Source of the DNA: a virus
Lineage: Duplodnaviria > Caudoviricetes
IMG/VR virus record: IMGVR_UViG_3300017647_000014
Coordinates: 1-27,155 of that record
Direction: 5' to 3' (one strand)
DNA length: 27,155 bases
The notes below the pieces were generated by a model. It was not told where the DNA came from. It saw only the letters and a program-made list of their open reading frames with translations, and ran no database searches. Both the position numbers and the translations under genes were made by a program. Shown here in pieces: positions 15,852-25,014 of the stretch. Every line of letters begins with the position of its first letter. The first letter of the stretch is position 1.

Positions 15852-16099
15852 AGCCACGCCGGACGAGCAAACAGAAGGAAATCATGGGGATCATTCTGCG
15901 TGAGGCAGGGCAGGGCAGGTTCCTGTCCATCAAGGAGCTGCACGCACTGATTTCCTATGACGCAAGCTACGGAGCCATCCGGATCAGCGTCAGATGGCTC
16001 GAGAAGCAAGGAATGCTGGAACGCAAGAAGAGCGGCCGGGACAGCCTGCTTGTTCCTACTCAAAGAGGATACGACTGGTTCCGCCCGGCGATGACTTAG
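15848..16099 (+). CDS. Winged-HTH DNA-binding protein
   Basis: LSIKELHALI..SYGAIRISVRWLEKQGMLERK..PTQRG. Confidence 0.8.
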   Translation: MKPRRTSKQKEIMGIILREAGQGRFLSIKELHALISYDASYGAIRISVRWLEKQGMLERKKSGRDSLLVPTQRGYDWFRPAMT

Positions 16100-16100
16100 T

Positions 16101-16184
16101 TCCCGTGCCTTCGATAACTCTATATATGTATGTATGTAATTACATACTTATAGAGTATATAATTAAGTTATCGAAGGCAGGGGA
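16101..16184. repeat. Nested inverted repeat around an AT-rich core containing an operator
   Basis: 19-bp arms at 16101-16119 and 16166-16184 (1 mismatch); ACTCTATA/TATAGAGT; GTATGT AATT ACATAC at 16132-16147. Confidence 0.85.
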
Positions 16185-16223
16185 CAAACGCTCCGGAGTG
16201 TCAGACCTGCTCCGGAAAAACGT

Positions 16224-16239
16224 GTAAGTAAGAACATAC
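16224..16239. promoter_or_regulatory. Operator upstream of terS
   Basis: GTAAGT AAGA ACATAC. Confidence 0.75.
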
Positions 16240-16250
16240 TTAGGTGAAGA

Positions 16251-16904
16251 ATGAGCGCCGGTGAAATTGAAGAAGCAGGAGACTCCGCGGAGAGCTCTGG
16301 CCGCCGCATGTCCGATGCTGAGTTTGCCGAAGCTCGTGAAGCCTATGAGCTCGGCACTGAGACGCTGGGTGACCTTGCCGAGCGCTACGGTGTCTCGCGC
16401 CAGGCTCTTTCGAAGCGTTTCAAGGCTGCCGGAGTAAAGAAGGGCTCCAGGGCCCATGAAATTGCTGCGGCCGCCGGCGCTGCTGCCAAGACTGCCACTG
16501 CAACCGCAGCTGCGACCGCGGAGCGTTTTGCCGACAAGCGTGCGGAATGGATCGAGGAGACGCGCCTGGAAGCGGTTTCCTCGCTGCGCCAGGTGCGTCT
16601 CATTGCACGCAAGGTGGTCTCTGATGCGCTGAAGTCCGGTGCTCCGGTCGCATCCGCGGAAGATGACCTCAAGGCCGTCCAGCGCTTCAACAAGATCCTC
16701 TGCGACAACCTTCAGATCACGCTTGGCATTCTCAAGGCCGACGAGCACGTCGATGAGGATGATCTGCCGAGCCTGCGCATCGAAGACCTCACTCCGGAGG
16801 AGATCCTTCAGCACCACAAGAACACCGGCGCGCTGCCTGAAGACGCGACGGTCGAGGAGATGCTGGCCGAAACCATCGACCTGGGAGACCTCAATGACGG
16901 TTGA
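16251..16904 (+). CDS. terS: Terminase small subunit
   Basis: N-terminal HTH (TLGDLAERYGVSRQALSKRF); overlaps terL. Confidence 0.75.
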   Translation: MSAGEIEEAGDSAESSGRRMSDAEFAEAREAYELGTETLGDLAERYGVSRQALSKRFKAAGVKKGSRAHEIAAAAGAAAKTATATAAATAERFADKRAEWIEETRLEAVSSLRQVRLIARKVVSDALKSGAPVASAEDDLKAVQRFNKILCDNLQITLGILKADEHVDEDDLPSLRIEDLTPEEILQHHKNTGALPEDATVEEMLAETIDLGDLNDG

Positions 16905-18189
16905 GGAAGAGGTCGAGAAGGCCCCCGTCTGCACCTCGCTCAAGGTGCATCGCTACCAGAAGATCGTCATGCACGATCCGCGGCGCTTCCGCGTGGTCGT
17001 TGCCGGCCGCCGCTGGGGCAAGACGCAGGTTTCCAAGATTTCGCTGATCCGCTTTGCCGCTGAGCAGGGCAAGCGCCTGGTCTGGTATGTGGCACCCACC
17101 TACCAGCAGGCCCGAGACATCATGTGGGACGACCTGAAGGCGTCCATTCCGCGTGCCTGGATCCGCAAGATCCACGAGACGCGCATGATCATCTACCTGA
17201 TCAATGGCTCGAAGATTCAGCTCAAGGGCGCCGACAAGCCGGATTCGCTCCGCGGTGTCGGTCTGCACTTCGTGGTGATCGACGAGGCGCAGGACATCAA
17301 GGAAGAGACCTGGGAGACCGTCCTTCAGCCGACGCTCGCGACCACCAACGGCCGGGCGCTCTTCATCGGCACGCCGAAGTCCTACAACTGGCTCTACGAC
17401 CGGTTCATGCTCGGCCAGCGCGGCGATTACGTCCTCGACGAGCGCAAGCGCCGCGTGCCGAATGAATGGAAGAGCTGGCAGTTCCCGACCATCACCTCGC
17501 CGTTCATTCCGCGCCGGGAAATCGAAGCGCGCCGGCGCGACATGGATCCGAAGTCCTTCAGACAGGAGTTTCAAGCTTCGTTCGAAGCAATGAGCGGCCG
17601 CGTCTACTACCCGTTCGATCGCAACGAGCATGTGGGCGACTACCCCTTCAACCCGAGGCTGCCGATCTACATTGGCATGGACTTCAACATCGACCCGATG
17701 AGCTCCATCGTCATCCAGGAGCAGCCCAACGGCGAGATTTGGGTCGTCGACGAGTGTGTGCTTTATGGCTCGAACGCGCAGGAGACTGCCGACGAGCTGA
17801 TGCGCCGCTACTTCAAGTATGTGAACCAGATTTCGATCTATCCGGACCCTGCCGGCAACAACCGCAACCACGATCGCGGCGAGTCCTCGCTCGACATTCT
17901 GCGCGAGGCGGGCTTTCGCAAGATCTACTTCAAGAACAAGCACCCGCTGGTGCAGGACCGTGTGAATGCCGTCAACCGCCTGCTGCGCACTGCGGAAGGT
18001 GAAATCCGGCTGCGCGTCAACTACTCGTGCCGCAAGTTCATCGATAGCCTTGAGCAGACGATCTACAAGGAAGGCTCGCGAGAGGTCGACAAGTCGCTCG
18101 GCGTCGAGCACGCGACCGACGCCTTCGGCTACTACGCGGACTTCCGTCATCCGATGCGCAAGATGAAGATCTTGGGCGTTTCCATTTAG
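16894..18189 (+). CDS. terL: Terminase large subunit (431 aa)
   Basis: AGRRWGKT, YVAPT, VVIDEA, IGTPK, GMDFN, HATDA; start ATG 16894 after GGAG. Confidence 0.95.
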   Translation: MTVEEEVEKAPVCTSLKVHRYQKIVMHDPRRFRVVVAGRRWGKTQVSKISLIRFAAEQGKRLVWYVAPTYQQARDIMWDDLKASIPRAWIRKIHETRMIIYLINGSKIQLKGADKPDSLRGVGLHFVVIDEAQDIKEETWETVLQPTLATTNGRALFIGTPKSYNWLYDRFMLGQRGDYVLDERKRRVPNEWKSWQFPTITSPFIPRREIEARRRDMDPKSFRQEFQASFEAMSGRVYYPFDRNEHVGDYPFNPRLPIYIGMDFNIDPMSSIVIQEQPNGEIWVVDECVLYGSNAQETADELMRRYFKYVNQISIYPDPAGNNRNHDRGESSLDILREAGFRKIYFKNKHPLVQDRVNAVNRLLRTAEGEIRLRVNYSCRKFIDSLEQTIYKEGSREVDKSLGVEHATDAFGYYADFRHPMRKMKILGVSI

Positions 18190-18191
18190 GC

Positions 18192-18220
18192 TTGCATGTA
18201 AGTAAGCTATTACTTACAAT
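18192..18220 (+). promoter_or_regulatory. Sigma70-type promoter with an operator in the spacer (portal)
   Basis: TTGCAT-N17-TACAAT; TGTAAGTAA-gcta-TTACTTACA at 18197-18218. Confidence 0.8.
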
Positions 18221-18247
18221 GCGGGCTCCGCATTCCTTGGACTCGCA

Positions 18248-19906
18248 ATGGCTACGACTAACGAAAAACTGCGCAGCTTCTACGATCGCCGGCACCCCGG
18301 CTACAACGACCTGCTGCCGCACTGGACGTTCCTGGAAGCCTCCTATCGAGGCGGCCGGTCGTGGTTTCCTGCCAACATTCACCGCTACCACAAGGAAGGC
18401 GACAACGAGTTCGCCAAGCGCCTTGAGCGCTCCTATCGCTTCAACCACACGCGAGAGGTGGTCGAGCTCGTCCAGAAGTATCTCTTCAAGGGCGAGATCA
18501 CGCGCAACATCAACGATGCGCCGGAGCTGATCCAGGACTTCTGGAAACGCGCCTCGCTCAACGGTCTCGACATCGCCCAGCTCATGCGCCAGGTCTCGGC
18601 TACCAAGTCGATCTGCGGTCGCTGCGCGGTGGTGGTCGACAACAATTTCCCCGCCAGCATCGAGGTCGCCGACGAAAACGGCCTGGTTGGCGAGCGTGCG
18701 CCCTCTGTTGCTGAGGCGCGCGAGCGCGGCTACCGCATCTATGCCTACGTCGTGCCGGCCAAGGACATCCTCGACTATGCCTGGGATGACGACGGTGATG
18801 GCGAGCTGCTGTGGGTGAAGATCCGCGAGACTGTCCGCGACGACAAGGATCCGCATGAGGGCTCGGGCCTCGTCATGGAGCGCGTGCGCCTTTGGACGCG
18901 CACCGGCTGGGAGCTCTATGAGGAGGTCGAGAGCGCGACCGTCCGCAACTACCGCTCTGGCAAGCAGCCGCCGAAGAAGGACGTGCGCCTGATCGACAAG
19001 GGCGAGCACGGCCTCGGCTTCGTGCCGGTCAAGTTTGCCGACCACACCATCAGCGACGACCCTTACCGCGTGCCGGGCCTGATCGATGAGATTGCCTATC
19101 TCGACCGGGCCGTTGCGAACTACCTTTCGAACCTGGACGCCATCATCCAGGACCAGACTTTCTCGCAGCTCGCCATTCCGGCTCAGGCAATCCAGGCCGG
19201 CGACGACATGTTTGAGAAGGTGCTGGAGATGGGCACGAAGCGCGTCTTCGTGTTCGACGCTGGTCAGGGCTCGTCCGCCAAGCCGGAATATCTGTCGCCC
19301 GATCCCAAGCAGGCCGGTGTGATCCTGTCGGTGATCAACAAGATCATCAATGAGATCTACCACACGATCGGCCTCGCCGGTGAGCGCACCAAGGAAGACA
19401 ATGCCGTCGGCATCGACAACTCGTCGGGTGTCGCCAAGGCCTACGATTTCGAACGGGTGAACTCGCTTCTCCTGTCGAAAGCTCAGACCTGTCAGTCGGT
19501 CGAAAACTGGCTGGTCAAGACCGTGCTTGCCTGGGCCAAGCAAGAGGCTCCGGAAAGCGATCTGGTCACCTATCCCTCCACGTTCGACATCGCCTCTTTG
19601 AACGATGAGCTTATCACCGCCGAGGCACTGGCGAAGCTCAACGCTCCGGTCGAGGTCCGTCGCCATCAGATGCAGGAGCTGGTCGATAAGATCTTCCCGC
19701 AGCTGTCGAGGGAAATCCGCAAGAAGCTGTCCGACAGCATCGAGGAGTGGCTCGAGGGAGCCGACCTCCTGATGCCTCCCACCAACTTTGGCGGCTCCAA
19801 GCCCGTCTCCGCGCCCAATCGACAGGGCGAGGTGACGCGCAACACCGCCTCCAACGCCAACAAAACCCATAAGGCCGCCGCCAGTAGGGCATCGCGCGGA
19901 ACCTGA
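18248..19906 (+). CDS. Portal protein
   Basis: 552 aa directly after terL; HGLGFVPV and SGVAKAYDF portal-type motifs. Confidence 0.88.
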   Translation: MATTNEKLRSFYDRRHPGYNDLLPHWTFLEASYRGGRSWFPANIHRYHKEGDNEFAKRLERSYRFNHTREVVELVQKYLFKGEITRNINDAPELIQDFWKRASLNGLDIAQLMRQVSATKSICGRCAVVVDNNFPASIEVADENGLVGERAPSVAEARERGYRIYAYVVPAKDILDYAWDDDGDGELLWVKIRETVRDDKDPHEGSGLVMERVRLWTRTGWELYEEVESATVRNYRSGKQPPKKDVRLIDKGEHGLGFVPVKFADHTISDDPYRVPGLIDEIAYLDRAVANYLSNLDAIIQDQTFSQLAIPAQAIQAGDDMFEKVLEMGTKRVFVFDAGQGSSAKPEYLSPDPKQAGVILSVINKIINEIYHTIGLAGERTKEDNAVGIDNSSGVAKAYDFERVNSLLLSKAQTCQSVENWLVKTVLAWAKQEAPESDLVTYPSTFDIASLNDELITAEALAKLNAPVEVRRHQMQELVDKIFPQLSREIRKKLSDSIEEWLEGADLLMPPTNFGGSKPVSAPNRQGEVTRNTASNANKTHKAAASRASRGT

Positions 19907-19989
19907 AACAGTCACCGGGTCGAGGAACTGACCCAAACGCGAGCATTCGCAACCCAGGACGCCCAAGGAAAGGGGCAAAGGAGTAGTAG

Positions 19990-20952
19990 ATGAACGAAAC
20001 TGCACTGCGCCATCAGGCATCGTATGCCTATCACGCGCTTCTCAACTCGAACCTGCCGGGTATGCGCGGCGTGGTTCTGTCGCCGGAAACCGGTGCTGGC
20101 GCCGGCGGTGACACCGCAGGGGAGGGCGATGGCCAGGCAAATGCTCAGGCAAATGCCCAGGCTGAGGCCGAAGCTGCCGCGAGCGCGGCCGCACAGGCAC
20201 AGGCCGACCTGAATGAAGCAGAGGCTGCGGCCGCTGCTGCCGAGAACAATGACAACGCCGATCCGGCTGCTCTGAAGGCCGAGAAGGCCGCGCTGCTGCG
20301 CGAAGTCATGGACAAGAAGAACAAGCTGAAGGAAGCCGAGCGCAGGGCCGCGGAAGCTGCCGAGAAGCTGGCCGCCTATGAGGGTGTTGACCCTGAGAAG
20401 GTGAAGGAGCTGCTGCGCAAGGAAGTCGAGGCTGAGCGCAAGGCTGCTGAAGAGCGCGGCGATTTCGAGCGCGTGAAGTCCATGATGGCCGAGGAGCATG
20501 AGCGCGAAACCAAGTCGCTCAAGGACCGGATCGCCGAGCTCGAGGAGCGCAACACGCAGGCCAAGAAGGTCATCGACGACCTGACGATCGGCCACAGCTT
20601 CGCCAATTCGAGCTACATCCGCAATTCTCTGACCCTGACCCCGGCAAAGGCCCGTCAGCTCTACAACGGGCACTTCGAGCTGCGTGATGGTGTGATCGTC
20701 GGCTACGACAAGCCGGCCGGCACGCCTGGACGCGCCGAACTGGTCGATGCTTCCGGCAACCCGCTTTCGTTTGATGAGGCCTTCAAGCGCATCATCGAGA
20801 AGGATCCGGATCGCGACAGTCTGCTGAAGGCCAACGTGGCTCCGGGTTCCGGCTCGTCCTCGACCAAGCAGGAACCGACTGCGCCGGTCAAGCAGGAAAC
20901 GGCTGCGAAGTTCGGTATTGATCGCATCCGGGCGTCCTTCGAGAAGGCGTAA
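19990..20952 (+). CDS. Capsid scaffolding protein
   Basis: Coiled-coil, acidic, between portal and MCP; C-terminal DSLLKA..GSGS. Confidence 0.78.
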   Translation: MNETALRHQASYAYHALLNSNLPGMRGVVLSPETGAGAGGDTAGEGDGQANAQANAQAEAEAAASAAAQAQADLNEAEAAAAAAENNDNADPAALKAEKAALLREVMDKKNKLKEAERRAAEAAEKLAAYEGVDPEKVKELLRKEVEAERKAAEERGDFERVKSMMAEEHERETKSLKDRIAELEERNTQAKKVIDDLTIGHSFANSSYIRNSLTLTPAKARQLYNGHFELRDGVIVGYDKPAGTPGRAELVDASGNPLSFDEAFKRIIEKDPDRDSLLKANVAPGSGSSSTKQEPTAPVKQETAAKFGIDRIRASFEKA

Positions 20953-20972
20953 CCCTCTCATATAGCGAAAAT

Positions 20973-21041
20973 GTAAGCGCGCGCTTACTTTTTTCTCTTG
21001 CCAATCTGCCCGTCGCTGGATTATGGTAAGTAAGCACTTAC
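20973..21041 (+). promoter_or_regulatory. MCP promoter flanked by two operators
   Basis: GTAAGCGCGCGCTTAC (20973-20988); TTGCCA-N18-TATGGT; GTAAGTAAGCACTTAC (21026-21041). Confidence 0.8.
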
Positions 21042-21088
21042 TTCCATAGTCCACGACGGGCTATGCCTATTTGCAAGGAGACCCAAGT

Positions 21089-21988
21089 ATGCCGCTTCTG
21101 ATGACCGAAGCCGCAAAGCTGGCCGAGGACGACCGCCAGCGCGGCATTATCGAGGAGCTTCTCGATAAGGACGAATTTTTCGCCCTCGTGCCGTTCGTGA
21201 AGGCGAAGGATGATGTCTTCGCGTATACGCGCGAGAAGAGCCTGCCGACCGCTGGCTGGATCGATCCGTATGACGACATCGAGGAAAGCACGGGTGAAGT
21301 CGAGAACGTCTCGACCCGCCTGAAGATCCTCGCTGGTCAGTTCGACATCGCCAAGTTCATCTCTGAGGTGAAGTCGGAGATGTATGATCAGATCGCTGTC
21401 CAGGCGAAGTTCAAGATCAAGGCTGTCGGCCAGACGTTCAAGAACATCCTGATCAACGGCGACGCGACCGCCAATCCGAAGACCTTCGACGGTCTGAAGA
21501 AGCTGGTCACCGCAGGTCAGACTCTCGCTGCCGGCACCAACGGCGCTGCTCTGTCCTACGCGATGCTGGACGAGCTGAAGGATGCCGTGCCGCTCGGCGC
21601 TGACTTCCTGATGATGCGCTCCGAGGTCTGGCGCCAGATCCGCGAGCTGAACCGTCTGCACGGCGGCAACACCGCTGAGATGATGATGGTCGAGAACTTC
21701 GGCGCTCCGATGCGCTTCTATGATGGCACCCCGGTCATCATCAACGACTACATCAAGAAGGACGAGGTTCAGGGCACCGACTCGGCTACCACCTCGATCT
21801 ACGCGGTTCGCGCGAACGAGGTCGACGGCTTCCACGGCCTGTGGGCTGGCGATGCTGCCGGTATCCGCCTCGAAGAGATCGGCACCCACTTCAACAAGGA
21901 CAGCACCCGCTGGCGTGTGAAGTGGTATTGCGGTGCAGCGCTGCGCGCGACCCATGCCGTTGCTCGCCTCAAGGGCGTGAAAATTTAA
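21089..21988 (+). CDS. Major capsid protein (HK97 fold, 299 aa)
   Basis: AAGGAG RBS; INGD..FDGLKKL, LDELKDAV, YDGTPVIIND, RWRVKWY, ARLKGV. Confidence 0.9.
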   Translation: MPLLMTEAAKLAEDDRQRGIIEELLDKDEFFALVPFVKAKDDVFAYTREKSLPTAGWIDPYDDIEESTGEVENVSTRLKILAGQFDIAKFISEVKSEMYDQIAVQAKFKIKAVGQTFKNILINGDATANPKTFDGLKKLVTAGQTLAAGTNGAALSYAMLDELKDAVPLGADFLMMRSEVWRQIRELNRLHGGNTAEMMMVENFGAPMRFYDGTPVIINDYIKKDEVQGTDSATTSIYAVRANEVDGFHGLWAGDAAGIRLEEIGTHFNKDSTRWRVKWYCGAALRATHAVARLKGVKI

Positions 21989-21990
21989 GC

Positions 21991-22019
21991 TTGAAGGTAA
22001 GTTAGAGCTTACTTACAAT
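21991..22019 (+). promoter_or_regulatory. Sigma70-type promoter with an operator in the spacer
   Basis: TTGAAG-N17-TACAAT; GTAAGTTAGAGCTTACTTAC at 21997-22016. Confidence 0.75.
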
Positions 22020-22020
22020 G

Positions 22021-22049
22021 GGCGGGGAGCAATCCCCGCCTTTTGTTTT
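22021..22049 (+). terminator. Intrinsic terminator after the MCP gene
   Basis: ggcgggga-GCAA-tccccgcc-ttttgtttt. Confidence 0.88.
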
Positions 22050-22061
22050 GGAGACACGAAA

Positions 22062-22400
22062 ATGACGCGCCTGAAATTGACGAAGGCCGGCTTCACGAAC
22101 TTCACCGGACGTCTGCTCGGTGCTGATTTCGTGGACGGCATTGCCGACGATATTTCCCAGTCCACCTGCGACACCATTGCGGCCGCGATCGGTGGCGACC
22201 TGATCGACGGCGCCGGTGACGTGATCGGCCCGGCTGGTTCCCACTACCGCCGCACCATTCTTCCGAAGGGCTATCTCGTCGATGAGGAAGGCCAGGATCC
22301 GGAAGACCAAGAGCCTGGCGATGAGGAGCCGGATGATGAAGAGCCGGGTGATGAAGAGCCGGGTGATGAAGAGCCGGGTGACGAGAACGTCGAAGAGTAA
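22062..22400 (+). CDS. Virion-module protein with acidic (EPGDE)n tail
   Basis: GGAG RBS; N-terminal domain resembles that of the next gene. Confidence 0.8.
   Translation: MTRLKLTKAGFTNFTGRLLGADFVDGIADDISQSTCDTIAAAIGGDLIDGAGDVIGPAGSHYRRTILPKGYLVDEEGQDPEDQEPGDEEPDDEEPGDEEPGDEEPGDENVEE
22311..22385 (+). repeat. 5 x 15-nt coding tandem repeat
   Basis: gagccgggtgatgaa units. Confidence 0.9.
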
Positions 22401-22415
22401 TCCAGAAAGCAAACC

Positions 22416-23114
22416 ATGAGTGATCTGAAAAGGCTCAAGGTCGTGACCTCGAGGATGGCCGGTTATACCGGCGTCCTCGGACGCGTCCGTTTCAAGAACG
22501 GCATCTCTGAAGAGGCACTTCCGCGGCATATCCGTGACCAGATGGGCGCCTGCATGGAGCTGGTCGAAATCGACGAGTTCGGCAATGAGCAGCCGGCTGG
22601 TCCTCAATATCGCCTGATCCACGAGGCGAACCTGCGCGCTCCGGTAAAGGAGCCGCTTCAGCGTCAGACTGAAGAGGAGAAGGAAGTCGAGCTGACCGTC
22701 TCGGCGCTTGAGGTCAATCCGAACGTGGTGATCGAGACCCGCGAGACGCTCGAACAGGTCGCCTCCGAGAAGGGCATTGCGGGCCTGCGCGAAATCGCAA
22801 AGCGCTGGAACGTCAAGCACCGCTCGATGGTCGTGCTGATCGAGATGATCCTCGAGGCTCAGGACAAGCATCTGGCGAAGATCGAGCTGGAGCGCCAGCG
22901 CCGTTTCGAAGCCAAGGACGCCAACGAGGTCAAGGCCAAGCAGAGCGACGAAATCGACGTCGATGATGCTCCGGATTACGTGCCGCCGGCGGCCGAGCAG
23001 CCCGACGAGGGCGAAGCTTCCGAAGAGACCAGCAAGGCAGCCGCCAAGCTGAACGAAACCCTTGAGGCAGCCCGCTCCGGCGACTTTGCCGCAGCGCTCT
23101 CGACTGAGGAATAA
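22416..23114 (+). CDS. Virion-module protein with a HeH/Rho-N-like helical motif
   Basis: TRETLEQVASEKGIAGLREIAKRWNVK..LIEMILEAQ. Confidence 0.75.
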   Translation: MSDLKRLKVVTSRMAGYTGVLGRVRFKNGISEEALPRHIRDQMGACMELVEIDEFGNEQPAGPQYRLIHEANLRAPVKEPLQRQTEEEKEVELTVSALEVNPNVVIETRETLEQVASEKGIAGLREIAKRWNVKHRSMVVLIEMILEAQDKHLAKIELERQRRFEAKDANEVKAKQSDEIDVDDAPDYVPPAAEQPDEGEASEETSKAAAKLNETLEAARSGDFAAALSTEE

Positions 23115-23115
23115 G

Positions 23116-23907
23116 ATGCGCTTCTATCCCGAGGGAACTGGTGTTGAGGTTGTCGTCAATTTCACCGACGACCAGGGCACCGCTGTAGAGCCGACCAGGA
23201 TCGACGCCGTTCTCTATGACGGGGAGGGCGAGGTGCTGGAGACGTTCTCGAACGTCCAGTTTGAGGCTGAAGAAGCCTCCACGCCGATCCTGATCCCGGC
23301 GCTCTACAACAACCTCGAGGATGGTGAGACGCGCGCAGCTCGTGTGCTTCGCATCGAGATCCATACGGCCGGCGGCATCATCCGCCGGTCGCACAAATAC
23401 GCCATCGAGGCCGAGCAGCGGCTCGAGCTGATGATCAACACCTTTATGACCTACGAGACGGCCGAGATTGTCGCGCTCGATATTCCGAACCTCACCGGCT
23501 GGGCGACGGCTACGGAAGACGCGCGCAAGGGCGCACTCGTGGAAGCATTCCGGCGCATCACCATGCTGCCGATGAAATATGCGTTCCGGGACGTCGACGG
23601 ACGTCTGATGGAGGAGAGCGAGCGTCATATTGCCCGTGACGTGTGGCCGGAGCTGACGGCAGACGACTTTGCCGAGTTCCCGCGGCACTTCCGCCAGGCA
23701 CTGCGCCGGGCGCAGGTGATTGAGGCCAACGAGCTCCTTCAGGGTGACAACCTTTCGCGCAAGCGCCGCGCCGGCATCGTGACCGAGACGATCGGTGAAA
23801 GCTCGATGACCCTGCGCACCGATCGTGTGGACTACGGCATGTCTCCGCAGACGCTTGCGACGCTCACCGGCTACATCCACTTCAACATGCGGATTGCCCG
23901 TGCATGA
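23116..23907 (+). CDS. Putative head-tail adaptor
   Basis: Start ATG 23116 after GAGGA; position; GIVTETIGESSMT motif typical of adaptors. Confidence 0.65.
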   Translation: MRFYPEGTGVEVVVNFTDDQGTAVEPTRIDAVLYDGEGEVLETFSNVQFEAEEASTPILIPALYNNLEDGETRAARVLRIEIHTAGGIIRRSHKYAIEAEQRLELMINTFMTYETAEIVALDIPNLTGWATATEDARKGALVEAFRRITMLPMKYAFRDVDGRLMEESERHIARDVWPELTADDFAEFPRHFRQALRRAQVIEANELLQGDNLSRKRRAGIVTETIGESSMTLRTDRVDYGMSPQTLATLTGYIHFNMRIARA

Positions 23908-24674
23908 TCGCACACGAACTGAGCAGGCTCGCGAACGCCGCGGCCGCACGATATGAGAAACTGACGACTCTGTGGCGAGCCCTCTATGAGAGGGCTTTGT
24001 CGCGCTACGAAGGCTCTCCGGCCGACACTATCGAATGGCTCGGGCGCGAGGCCTACAGCGAAGCGCACGCATTTCTCGAAGACGAGCAGGGTGTCATCAT
24101 CGACACGCTCGAAAAAGTCGCAGGGAGCGCGCGTGAGCGCATCCTCACGCAGCTTGTGAGCATCGATACTGAAGAACTCAACGAGCAAGCCCTTGCGCAT
24201 CTGAGCGCGACCCAGGTCTACCTCTACGACGAGATCCTCGCGCAGATCCGCCGGGACGTTGCGCATGTGCGTCAGGAGTTCCAGCGTGCGATCCTCGAAA
24301 TCACGATGCTGACGCGCACGCGCGGCTTGAGCGTTCGCGCCGCCATCATCGAGTGGCGGATGACCAATCCGGACAGCCTCAACTTCGCTTTCCGCGATCG
24401 CAAGTTCCGTAATGTAAATTCTGCGATCTATATCCGCTCGCTTTGGCGCCTCACCCTCCTGTCGACCTACAACGAGGTTGTCATGCTCACCCTTGCCGAT
24501 CATGGTGTGCCGCGCGCCGGCGTCATGCGGCTTGATGAGAACAATAGCGTGCGCCAGGTCGAGGTCATCACCCTCGATGGTCAGGGCGTCTACGAGACTT
24601 ACGCAGACATCCGCGGCCGCTTCTTCCATCCGAACGCAAATGCCTGGCTCGATGTGGAGGTGACCGATGTTTGA
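23904..24674 (+). CDS. Putative head morphogenesis / minor capsid protein
   Basis: ATGA coupling; C-terminal FHPN motif. Confidence 0.55.
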   Translation: MIAHELSRLANAAAARYEKLTTLWRALYERALSRYEGSPADTIEWLGREAYSEAHAFLEDEQGVIIDTLEKVAGSARERILTQLVSIDTEELNEQALAHLSATQVYLYDEILAQIRRDVAHVRQEFQRAILEITMLTRTRGLSVRAAIIEWRMTNPDSLNFAFRDRKFRNVNSAIYIRSLWRLTLLSTYNEVVMLTLADHGVPRAGVMRLDENNSVRQVEVITLDGQGVYETYADIRGRFFHPNANAWLDVEVTDV

Positions 24675-25014
24675 GCCGAACCTTGTTGGCCGGCTCATGA
24701 AGCCGGTCTCGCGCAACGTCCATGCTGAAGTCGTCTATGGCGAGCCGATTCAGTGCCCGTTCGGCGTCGTCAACATGCACATTGGCGCCCAAAAGACCTC
24801 CGTGCGTGCTGACTCTTCTGCCTCCCGCGGATCGGCCGACGAGATGATGGCCGAGCGCGCCAAGATCCTGGTGCCGGCCTATGTCGACATTCAGATCGGC
24901 GACCGGTTCGAGTGCGACGAAGGCTTCTTCATGGTGGCGGCCCGCCATGTGCGGCGCTCTGTGCTGGGCACGATCGACCACTATGAGTGCGATCTGGAGA
25001 CGCTGCCGGAATGA
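24667..25014 (+). CDS. Putative head-closure (stopper) protein
   Basis: 115 aa, beta-rich, IQIGDRF; neck position. Confidence 0.6.
   Translation: MFEPNLVGRLMKPVSRNVHAEVVYGEPIQCPFGVVNMHIGAQKTSVRADSSASRGSADEMMAERAKILVPAYVDIQIGDRFECDEGFFMVAARHVRRSVLGTIDHYECDLETLPE

Noticed and set aside
16114-16171. Resemblance to loxP (ATAACT...ATGTATG...AGTTAT)
   Set aside because: Only the 6-bp ends match and the span is 58 bp rather than 34 bp; no recombinase in the window
16639-16893. 85-aa N-terminal extension of TerL in the ORF track
   Set aside because: Overlaps terS out of frame; ATG 16894 has a proper RBS
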